In this document: positions 20,373 through 28,141 of the stretch, in pieces
Numbering within the stretch: position 1 is the first letter of the stretch
How the letters are laid out: every line of letters starts with the position of its first letter
From: Clostridium sp. CAG:780
Lineage (GTDB): Bacteria > Bacillota > Clostridia > TANB77 > CAG-508
Length of the DNA: 54,770 bases
Direction of reading: 5' to 3'
NCBI GenBank assembly: GCA_000434195.1
Contig: HF994476.1
Coordinates: 1-54,770, forward strand
Made by a program: the position numbers and the translations under genes
Notes under the pieces: model-generated
Databases searched by the model: none
What the model saw: the letters and a program-made list of their open reading frames with translations, nothing else
Told to the model about the DNA's origin: nothing

Positions 20373-20441
20373 GGAAGAAATGACCCTTGTCCATGTGGAA
20401 GTGGCAAAAAATATAAGAATTGTTGCGGGAAGAATGCTTAA
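20085..20441 (+). other. secA: Displaced authentic 3' end of secA, including the SEC-C zinc-binding motif
   Basis: Translates to [24 protein letters not shown]...[25 protein letters not shown], the canonical SecA C-terminus. It is +1 relative to the upstream secA frame. Confidence 0.85.
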
Positions 20442-20621
20442 ATAGCTTGTTACAAGGAATTAAAGACGTTTAAAAATTGGTGTCAAAAATTAATTTGTCA
20501 CCCAAAATATAAAGATAATACTGAAAAGTATTGGAAAATAAGGAGTGTATCCAAGTAAAAATGGATGACACTTCTTTTTTGTTGTTTATTATATAATAAG
20601 ATAAGAAAGAGAGGTAAAAAA

Positions 20622-21883
20622 ATGAGTAGAATTAATGTAAGAAAAAGAGGAAAAGTATATGAATACTTTTTTGAAGGAGCAAAAGTAAATAACAAAAGAA
20701 CTAGAATTTCAAAGTCAGGATTTAGAACCCAAAATGAAGCTTATGAATATGGATTGAAAGCTTATAATGATTATATAGGAGGAGAAATAAGACCTAGTGA
20801 ATCTAAAATGTCCTATTCTGATTATTTAGACTATTGGATGAAAGAATATTTTTCTATCAATTATAAATATTCAACAGCCAAAAGGTATAAAGAAACATTT
20901 AAAGTATTGAAAGAAGAAATAGGAAAATACAAATTAAGTTATATAACACCTTTTCTATTAAATCAATCATTATTGAAAATTGCTCAAAAATGTAAAACAA
21001 AAGAAGGAGTAAGAAATTATCAAAAAGTAATAAAAAGTTCTTTCAGAGATGCAGCAAATTATTTTGGATTTTTGAAATATAATCCAGCAGTTGATTTACA
21101 GATTCCTAAAGTACTTTCATTTGAAATAAAAAAAACGGCGTAAAACATGTTTATTCTCAAGAAGAAATTGATAAAATTTTGTTAAGATTCAAAAATAACA
21201 AGACATTTATATGTGCGTTTTTAACAGCTTGTTATACAGGAATGAGAACCGGAGAGATTTTTGCATTAACTTGGGATGATATTGATTTGGAAAAGAAAAT
21301 TATAAAAATAAATAAGACTGTGTATTCCAAAATAAAAGATGATAAAGGAAGATGGTTCTTAGGAACAACAAAAACGAAGGGAAGCTGTAGAGATGTTTTT
21401 ATATGTGATACTTTATATAAAGTATTATCGAAGTACAAAGAAAACCAAGAATTGTTAAAAAAGAAATATGGTAGAAAGTATAAGAAATATGCATTAGAAC
21501 CAATTAAAAACAAATACGGTAAAATAAATGAATATAAAGTTATTGAAATTAATCATAAAAATGCAAGAAGTGTAGAAATGGTATTTACAAAAAATAATGG
21601 ATTATATGTAGGAACAGATATTATAAAGTATCCATTTAAAATAATTCATAATGAGCTTGGCATAGAAAATTGTAGATTTTATGATTTAAGAGGAAGCTAT
21701 GCTACCAAAATTTTAAGAAAAGGAGCAGAAATTAGAGATGTTGCAGACATTTTAGGACATAGTAGAATCAAAACTACTGAAAATTATTATATAGCAAGTT
21801 CAGAAAAAACAAGAAAAGAGGCAAATAATATATTGGAAAAAATAATACAAGCTGATGTTATATATGAAGTTATAAATTATTAA
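20622..21883 (+). pseudogene. Tyrosine recombinase/integrase (Tn916-Int-like N-terminal arm-binding domain) frameshifted in an A8 tract
   Basis: N-terminus MSRINVRKRGKVYEYFFEG, a SAM-like core-binding domain, and a catalytic domain (TGMRTGEIFALTWDDID...RGSYAT...LGHSRIKTTENYY). The two ORFs (20622-21143 and 21179-21883) join into one frame if the A8 run at 21128-21135 is read as A9. Confidence 0.85.
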
Positions 21884-21968
21884 AATTTTGTAAGAAGAGA
21901 AATAAAAAAAGATTGTAATATATTGAGTATATTATTATAATAAAAAAGAAAAAGGAGGCTTGAATAAA

Positions 21969-22598
21969 GTGAATGATACAATAATATATTTAGTTAGACA
22001 TGCTGAAACTGTTGACGAAAATGGTATTAGAAATACAAATGAGGATTCTCAAATGATTAATGAAAAAGAAATATTATCAGTAGAAGGAGAAGAACAAGCA
22101 AAAAAATTAAGTGAAAATGACGAATTAAAAAATTTAGATATTATATGGTCAAGTAGCTATACTAGAGCTAAAGCTACAGCAAAATATATTGCGTATGAAA
22201 ATGATTTACCTTTTAATTTAGACAATAACTTAAGTGAAAGAAAATTAGGAAATTTAAAGGAATTAGGAGAATTTATGAAGGATAAAAGTACAAGAGATCC
22301 TTCACAAGAGCAACTATTAGATAGAACATTTAGAACATCTAATGGAGAAAGTGCAGAGCAAACTAGAGAAAGGATGAATAAATTTTTTGATAAAATACTT
22401 AAAGAATATGAAGGAAAAAGAATTGCAGTAATTAGTCATGGAGGCTCAATAAAGTTCTTTTTATTAAACTGGTGTACAGTAAATGAAAATGTTAAACTTG
22501 TCTATAACAAAAATACAATATTAAACATAAAATCGCCATGTTTGTTAAAGTTGACTTTTAGAAAAAACGAGTTGATTAATTTAGAACAAATAGATTAA
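21969..22598 (+). CDS. Histidine phosphatase (phosphoglycerate mutase) family protein
   Basis: IIYLVRHAET catalytic RHG-like motif and VISHGGSIK. The GTG at 21969 has better spacing to the aggagg RBS than the TTG at 21960. Confidence 0.75.
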   Translation: MNDTIIYLVRHAETVDENGIRNTNEDSQMINEKEILSVEGEEQAKKLSENDELKNLDIIWSSSYTRAKATAKYIAYENDLPFNLDNNLSERKLGNLKELGEFMKDKSTRDPSQEQLLDRTFRTSNGESAEQTRERMNKFFDKILKEYEGKRIAVISHGGSIKFFLLNWCTVNENVKLVYNKNTILNIKSPCLLKLTFRKNELINLEQID

Positions 22599-22603
22599 TT
22601 GAA

Positions 22604-22650
22604 AGCCATAAAATGGATTTTATTATAAGTCCATTTTATGGCTTTTGTTT
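22604..22650 (+). terminator. Rho-independent terminator
   Basis: 14-bp stem agccataaaatgga/tccattttatggct followed by TTTGTTT. Confidence 0.7.
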
Positions 22651-22742
22651 AAAATTGATGTAATTATATATATTTGGGGGAATTTTAAGAAAAATCAAAT
22701 TTTGTGTATTTGAAGCATGGAATATTGAAAGATCAATTAGTA

Positions 22743-22786
22743 AAAACATAGAACTAGATAGATAAAAATACCTAGTTCTATGTTTT
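22743..22786 (-). terminator. Rho-independent terminator for the NUDIX gene
   Basis: 15-bp stem aaaacatagaactag/ctagttctatgtttt overlapping the stop codon, with a T-run on the minus strand. Confidence 0.65.
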
Positions 22787-23189
22787 ATAGCCAATTGTTG
22801 TCAGATAAAACTTGTTTTGTTATATCACTTAATTTTCCTAATTTGTCTAGTTCTTTGATTTCTTCTTTACTATAAAATTTAGCATCTACTAAGTCAGTTG
22901 CTGAATGGACTGAATTTTTATCATAATCTGCTGACCAGTAAATAATAATTCTATGCTCATCTGGCTTATTAATAATCTCATATGTTTTCAATTGTTTGAT
23001 ATTTGAGATTTCTAAACCTGTTTCTTCCATTATTTCTCTTTTTACAGTATCTTCCATTCTTTCAAATAATTCAACACCACCTCCAGGTGTAATTATCATT
23101 CCTTTATTTGGCTCTTTATTTCTAATTCCTAATAATAATTTGTTATTTGATTTTATCAGAACAGAGCAACCTACTCTTATATTATTCAA
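22785..23189 (-). CDS. NUDIX hydrolase
   Basis: Nudix box GGGVELFERMEDTVKREIMEETGL (GX5EX7REUXEEXGU). Confidence 0.85.
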   Translation of the reverse strand: MNNIRVGCSVLIKSNNKLLLGIRNKEPNKGMIITPGGGVELFERMEDTVKREIMEETGLEISNIKQLKTYEIINKPDEHRIIIYWSADYDKNSVHSATDLVDAKFYSKEEIKELDKLGKLSDITKQVLSDNNWL

Positions 23190-23350
23190 AATATCGCCCT
23201 CCTATGAATAAAAGAATATAATAAGAATTATATTTTGTCAATATATTTAAAATATGAAAAATATATGGTATAATTCAAAAAAGAAAAAAGTGGCAAGAAA
23301 AATAATAACTGCTATGGAAATAGCATAATTAAAAAAAAGGAGAAAAAATT

Positions 23351-23911
23351 ATGAGATATTTTAAAAAACTTGTAGGAGATAGAATATACTTATCACCTAG
23401 AAATAGTGAAGATGTAGAAATTTTTACAGAATGGCTAAATGATTTTGAAACAACTGATTATATAGGAAGAAGTAGTGCGATTGTTTCTCTGGAAGGAGAA
23501 AAGAAGTACTTAGAAGAACACAGCTTTGTGGAAGCAGGATTTGTAATTGTTACACTAGAAGAAGACAAAATGATAGGAACAGTTTCATTAGAAAAGATAG
23601 ATCATATTAATAGAACTGCTACACTTGGAATATTTATAGGCGATAAATATTTTAGAAGCAAAGGATATGGAACAGAAGCGATAAAATTAATATTGGAATA
23701 TGGCTTTAAATATTTGAATCTAAAAAATATTAAATTGGATGTAATGGAATTTAATGAAAGAGCTTTGAAATGCTATAAAAAATGCGGATTTAAAGAATAC
23801 GGAAGAAGAAGACAGAGTAAATTTGTAGATGGAAAATATTATGATTCGATCGAGATGGATATTCTAAACGAAGAATTCAATGAAAGTGTCATAAGGAATA
23901 AGAATATATAA
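23351..23911 (+). CDS. GNAT-family N-acetyltransferase (RimJ/RimL-like)
   Basis: 186 aa. The pattern IGIFIGDKYFRSKGYGTEAIKLILEYGF...N.RALKCYKKCGFKEYG is typical of GNAT motifs A and B. Confidence 0.8.
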   Translation: MRYFKKLVGDRIYLSPRNSEDVEIFTEWLNDFETTDYIGRSSAIVSLEGEKKYLEEHSFVEAGFVIVTLEEDKMIGTVSLEKIDHINRTATLGIFIGDKYFRSKGYGTEAIKLILEYGFKYLNLKNIKLDVMEFNERALKCYKKCGFKEYGRRRQSKFVDGKYYDSIEMDILNEEFNESVIRNKNI

Positions 23912-23931
23912 GCTAATATAGGAGAAATAAA

Positions 23932-25170
23932 ATGAAAACTCTAAGAGAACTATATAAAATTGGAAACGGTCCATCAAGTTCACATACAATGGGCCCTAAA
24001 AGAGCGGCTGAGTGGTTTAAAGATAAAAACCCAGAAGCAAACAGATTTGATATTTATTTGTATGGCTCGCTAGCTTTTACAGGAAAAGGGCATTTGACAG
24101 ATAAAATAATTAAAGAGACGTTAAAACCAATTAAAACAAATATAATCTTTGATACAAAATTTGTGTGTGACAAACATCCTAATACAATGGATTTGATAGC
24201 GTATAAAGATGATCAAAAAATATCCCAAGCAAGAGTGTACTCGGTGGGAGGAGGAGTAATAGAAGTTGAAGGCCAAAAGAGAGCTATTGTCCCAGATATA
24301 TATAAATTAAATCATATGCAAGATATTAAAGAATATTGTAAAGAAAAAGATAAAGATTTGGTTGACTATGTTGTGGAAACAGAGGGCGAAGATATAATCG
24401 AATTTCTAAGAGAAATATGGCATACAATGTATAATTCGGTAAAGACCGGAATTGAAAAAGAAGGTATAATTCCTGGAAAATTACAGTTGCCAAGAGAAGC
24501 AAAGATGATTTATGAGAATACGGCAGAAGATCAAAATCCAATATTAAAAAGAACTAGACTACTTACAAGCTATGCTCATGCAGTAAGTGAAAATAATGCG
24601 TCTGGAGATATAATTGTGACAGCTCCTACTTGCGGAGCTTCCGGAGTTTTACCAGCAGTCTTAACGTATATGTATGAACAATATAATATTGAAGAAGAAA
24701 AAATTATAAAGGCGTTAGCCATAGCAGGTGTCATAGGAAACCTAGTAAAAACAAACGCATCTATAAGTGGAGCGGAATGCGGGTGTCAAGCTGAGATAGG
24801 AACAGCTTGCTCCATGGCGGCAGGAGCAGCAGCTTACTTAATGGATTTGGATTTGGAAAAAATAGATAATGCGGCAGAAATTGCAATGGAACATCATTTG
24901 GGACTTACCTGTGATCCGATATACGGATATGTACAGATTCCATGTATAGAAAGAAATGCTGTTGCAGCGTTAAGAGCTGTGGATGCTGCTAATATGGCAA
25001 AAATTACAACAGGAAAAAGATTTATATCATTTGACTTAGTGGTTGATACAATGTACGAAACGGGAAAAGATTTAAACTCTCATTACAGAGAAACAAGCAA
25101 AGGTGGACTTGCAAAGAAATATTGTAGAAATAAATATATAACAAAGCAGCAGGATGTAATCGAAGAATAA
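23932..25170 (+). CDS. sdaA: L-serine ammonia-lyase (iron-sulfur-dependent L-serine dehydratase, single-chain form)
   Basis: N-terminal IGNGPSSSHTMGPKRAA motif, plus APTCGASGVLPA and CGCQAEIGTACSMAA Cys motifs. Confidence 0.8.
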   Translation: MKTLRELYKIGNGPSSSHTMGPKRAAEWFKDKNPEANRFDIYLYGSLAFTGKGHLTDKIIKETLKPIKTNIIFDTKFVCDKHPNTMDLIAYKDDQKISQARVYSVGGGVIEVEGQKRAIVPDIYKLNHMQDIKEYCKEKDKDLVDYVVETEGEDIIEFLREIWHTMYNSVKTGIEKEGIIPGKLQLPREAKMIYENTAEDQNPILKRTRLLTSYAHAVSENNASGDIIVTAPTCGASGVLPAVLTYMYEQYNIEEEKIIKALAIAGVIGNLVKTNASISGAECGCQAEIGTACSMAAGAAAYLMDLDLEKIDNAAEIAMEHHLGLTCDPIYGYVQIPCIERNAVAALRAVDAANMAKITTGKRFISFDLVVDTMYETGKDLNSHYRETSKGGLAKKYCRNKYITKQQDVIEE

Positions 25171-25175
25171 AATGT

Positions 25176-25205
25176 TTGACAAAAGTAAAAGTTTTATAGT
25201 ATAAT
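25176..25205 (+). promoter_or_regulatory. Consensus sigma-A promoter
   Basis: TTGACA, 18-nt spacer, TATAAT, starting 6 nt after the sdaA stop. Confidence 0.65.
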
Positions 25206-25211
25206 AGAACA

Positions 25212-25310
25212 CAAGTGAGGAGATATAAGCTGAAAAGTGAGCTATCTCGGGTAGAATACTTACACGTAATTAAAACACGGAGTCACGAATAAGTGACTTT
25301 GTGCTTTTTT
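25212..25310 (+). ncRNA. Candidate leader/attenuator or small RNA of about 100 nt upstream of the ABC transporter; class not recognised
   Basis: Bounded by the consensus promoter and an intrinsic terminator. Contains an internal hairpin (gagata...tatctc) and three AAGTGA(G/C) repeats. No ORF. Confidence 0.35.
25276..25310 (+). terminator. Rho-independent terminator / attenuator
   Basis: 11-bp stem cacggagtcac/gtgactttgtg (2 G-U pairs), loop gaataa, then CTTTTTT. It lies 77 nt upstream of the ABC ATPase start. Confidence 0.7.
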
Positions 25311-25386
25311 ATATAATAAAATTATATGCTGTCAATATTATAAAATAAAAGGGAAAGTCACAATAAAAAAGAACGGGGATGAGATT

Positions 25387-26367
25387 ATGGCAATAATCGA
25401 GGTAAAAAATTTATCAAAAGATTTTAAAGTAAAAATTAAAGAGAAAGGATTAAAAGGGAGTCTTAAAGCTTTTATTAAGCCAAAATATAAGATAATAAAA
25501 GCTGTTAAAAACATTAGTTTTGAAGTAGAAGAAGGAGAAATGATTGCGTTTATAGGCCCAAACGGAGCAGGGAAAAGTACGACAATAAAAATGATGACAG
25601 GAATATTGTATCCGGGAGAAGGAGAGATCAGAGTTCTTGGAATTGACCCTACTAAACAAAGAAAAAAGCTTGCGTATGAAATAGGAACTGTGTTTGGACA
25701 GAAAGAACAATTATGGACACATTTGACAGCATATGACAATTTTAAATTTTTCGGTGCGGTATATGATATTCCAGATGAAGTGTTAGACAAGAAAATTGAT
25801 GAATTAATAAAGCTGTTTGAACTAGAAAAGTTTATAAATACACCAGTTAGAAATTTAAGTTTAGGTCAAAGAATCAGATGTGAAATAGTGGCTTCTTTAA
25901 TACATGAACCAAAAGTTTTGTTCTTAGATGAGCCAACAATAGGCTTAGACCCTGTTGTAAAAGAGAATATTCGTAAGCTGATTAAGAAAATGAACAAAGA
26001 ACTAAACACAACAATATTTTTAACAAGTCATGATGTTTCGGATATAGAAAAATTATGCAAAAGGGTAATAATTGTAAACAACGGAACTATTGTATTAGAT
26101 GATTCTATGGCAAATCTAAAATATCATTATTTAAACAAGAAAATAGTTGAAGCAAAGACAAAGGAAAAAATAAGTCTAAAAGATACGGTTGGGATTACAG
26201 TTATAAAAGACAAAGAGTATAATTTAAAGCTTGAAGTTGATACAACAAAAACAAGCGTTGCTGAGGCGATAAAACTATTAAATCCAGATAATATCGTAGA
26301 TATAAACATATCGAATATTCCTTTGGAAGATATTATAAGTAGTATCTACAAGGAGGTTCAGCCATGA
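25387..26367 (+). CDS. ABC transporter ATP-binding protein (COG4586-like)
   Basis: Walker A GPNGAGKST, signature LSLGQRIR, Walker B LFLDEPTIGLD, H-loop TSHD. Confidence 0.9.
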   Translation: MAIIEVKNLSKDFKVKIKEKGLKGSLKAFIKPKYKIIKAVKNISFEVEEGEMIAFIGPNGAGKSTTIKMMTGILYPGEGEIRVLGIDPTKQRKKLAYEIGTVFGQKEQLWTHLTAYDNFKFFGAVYDIPDEVLDKKIDELIKLFELEKFINTPVRNLSLGQRIRCEIVASLIHEPKVLFLDEPTIGLDPVVKENIRKLIKKMNKELNTTIFLTSHDVSDIEKLCKRVIIVNNGTIVLDDSMANLKYHYLNKKIVEAKTKEKISLKDTVGITVIKDKEYNLKLEVDTTKTSVAEAIKLLNPDNIVDINISNIPLEDIISSIYKEVQP

Positions 26368-27155
26368 AAAAGTACTTATACATTTTTAAATCTGAACTGA
26401 TGAGCAATTTACAATACATTGGTAATACTTTAGTAGGATTTATTGGATATTCTATTATGATATTCATATTCCTTAATCTATGGAATTATATTTACAGCGA
26501 TGCAAGTGAATTAATAAACGGATACACTAAGACGCAAATGATATGGTATGTTATCATAACAGAAATAATCTGGAAATGCACAAGTGGCAGAAGTTTTTGT
26601 AAGAAAATAATTGACGATGTAAAAAGCGGTAATATTGCGTATAATTTAAATAAACCATATAGTTATGTTGGATATGCGCTTTCAAGTCACCTTGGAAGTT
26701 CTGCAATAACAGCAGTTTTGTACATACCACTTGGACTAATTTTGGGAGTATTATTTTTGAAGAGTATTCCAGTATTAAATCTACTACAAGTAATCATAAT
26801 ACTAATTTCTGGTACGCTTGCAGTGGTAATTAGTTCGCTACTAATAATTTTAATAGGTCTATTTTCGTTCGTAATAGAAGATGCAAACCCAATTTTCTGG
26901 ATACACAGCAAAATTATTCTAATTTTGGGAACATTATTTCCAGTTGAATATTTCCCAGCATTTTTACAACCACTAATTATAGCTAGTCCAATATTTGTAA
27001 CATGTTATGGTCCAGCAAGATTATTTGTAAACTTTACTTGGGAAACATGTGCTTCAGTACTAATAGCACAAATAATTTATGTAATTGCAATATACTTATT
27101 ATGCAGTCTAATATATAGAAAGGGAGTGAAGAGAATTAATGTTAACGGAGGCTAA
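26364..27155 (+). CDS. ABC-2-type transporter permease
   Basis: Polytopic membrane protein whose start overlaps the ATPase stop (ATGA). Confidence 0.7.
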   Translation: MKKYLYIFKSELMSNLQYIGNTLVGFIGYSIMIFIFLNLWNYIYSDASELINGYTKTQMIWYVIITEIIWKCTSGRSFCKKIIDDVKSGNIAYNLNKPYSYVGYALSSHLGSSAITAVLYIPLGLILGVLFLKSIPVLNLLQVIIILISGTLAVVISSLLIILIGLFSFVIEDANPIFWIHSKIILILGTLFPVEYFPAFLQPLIIASPIFVTCYGPARLFVNFTWETCASVLIAQIIYVIAIYLLCSLIYRKGVKRINVNGG

Positions 27156-27933
27156 AAATCAAATAAAAATATCAGTATTATCGATTAAGTATGCTTTAAT
27201 GAGAGAAATGCTTAATAAAGTGACTTTTATATCTAATGTATTGTTCATGATACTAAACAATGCAAGTTTCATTGTTCAATGGGTTATACTTTTTGCAATA
27301 AAAGACAACATAGCAGGCTATGGAATAAAGCAAGTTTTGTTGCTATGGGGAATCGCCTCTGGAACATATGGAATATCACATTTCTTTTTTAAAAAAGCAT
27401 ATAGTTTATATGACACAATAAATAATGGAAAACTGGATGCTTTTTTGGTACAACCAAAAAATGTACTTCTATCGGCAATAACAACAGATGTTGAGACTTC
27501 AGCGATAGGAGATATATTATATGGATACATAATGCTATTTATATATGGATTTTCAATATCAAAGTTTGCATTATTTACTCTATTTATAATAGCTGGAGGA
27601 ATTATGATGACAGCAATCACAGTAATATTATCAAGTTTGAGCTTTTGGCTAAATAAATCGGATATTATAGCTGAAACAGGAATTAGTATGATGACGCATT
27701 TTGCAACATATCCTGATGGAATATTCAAAGGTATTACTAAGATATTACTATATACTATAATTCCTGTTGGAATTATAAATTATATTCCTGTAAAACTATT
27801 AATAGAGTTTGACATAAGATTGTTCTTGCTGGTAATGTTGGCAACAGTAGTCTTAACAACACTTGCTTTTTTGGTTTTTAACAAAGGATTAAAAAGATAT
27901 TCATCAAGCAATTTGATGAGTGCAAGAATTTAA
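27139..27933 (+). CDS. ABC-2-type transporter permease (second subunit)
   Basis: Polytopic membrane protein overlapping the previous gene by 17 nt. Confidence 0.7.
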   Translation: MLTEAKNQIKISVLSIKYALMREMLNKVTFISNVLFMILNNASFIVQWVILFAIKDNIAGYGIKQVLLLWGIASGTYGISHFFFKKAYSLYDTINNGKLDAFLVQPKNVLLSAITTDVETSAIGDILYGYIMLFIYGFSISKFALFTLFIIAGGIMMTAITVILSSLSFWLNKSDIIAETGISMMTHFATYPDGIFKGITKILLYTIIPVGIINYIPVKLLIEFDIRLFLLVMLATVVLTTLAFLVFNKGLKRYSSSNLMSARI

Positions 27934-27974
27934 AAAATATGTTATATAAAATTGTAAAAAATGATAGACATTTT

Positions 27975-28008
27975 CCTCTCGTTGTGCTAAGATTAACACA
28001 ATGGGAGG
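27975..28008 (+). promoter_or_regulatory. RBS-sequestering hairpin
   Basis: 12-bp stem cctctcgttgtg/cacaatgggagg (2 G-U pairs) whose 3' arm contains the gggagg Shine-Dalgarno of the ORF at 28019. Confidence 0.45.
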
Positions 28009-28018
28009 TTTATTTGTT

Positions 28019-28141
28019 ATGGACGAAAACCAAAAGAAAATAAATGACTTAATAGAGCAATATACAAGTATAGACACGTTTTTAAAATACTTAGATAAAG
28101 AGGAAAAAGAAAGCCTGAAGTTAGGAGAAGAAAATGAGTAA
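28019..28141 (+). CDS. Small acidic ORF (40 aa), stop overlapping the start of the next gene
   Basis: MDENQKKINDLIEQYTSIDTFLKYLDKEEKESLKLGEENE with a good RBS. The ATGAGTAA overlap with the 28134 start suggests translational coupling. Confidence 0.35.
   Translation: MDENQKKINDLIEQYTSIDTFLKYLDKEEKESLKLGEENE

Noticed and set aside
20067-20441. Independent 124-aa gene ([11 protein letters not shown]...) suggested by the ORF track.
   Set aside because: The ATG lies inside secA copy 1 in another frame. The product is simply the duplicated secA segment plus the canonical SecA C-terminus, so it is treated as the displaced secA 3' end.
20565-21883. Two separate genes (192 aa and 234 aa) for the integrase region, plus the longer upstream start at 20565.
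   Set aside because: The two halves are the N-terminal/core-binding and catalytic halves of one tyrosine recombinase, joined by a +1 correction in the A8 tract. The ATG at 20622 has a proper RBS, whereas the start at 20565 adds a non-homologous hydrophobic leader.
20442-27933. Calling the whole secA-proximal block (integrase through ABC transporter) a defined genomic island.
   Set aside because: - No flanking direct repeat was found by eye.
- Composition looks like the rest of the chromosome.
- The cargo (sdaA, NUDIX, GNAT, ABC transporter) is housekeeping-like.

Only the integrase remnant itself is reported.
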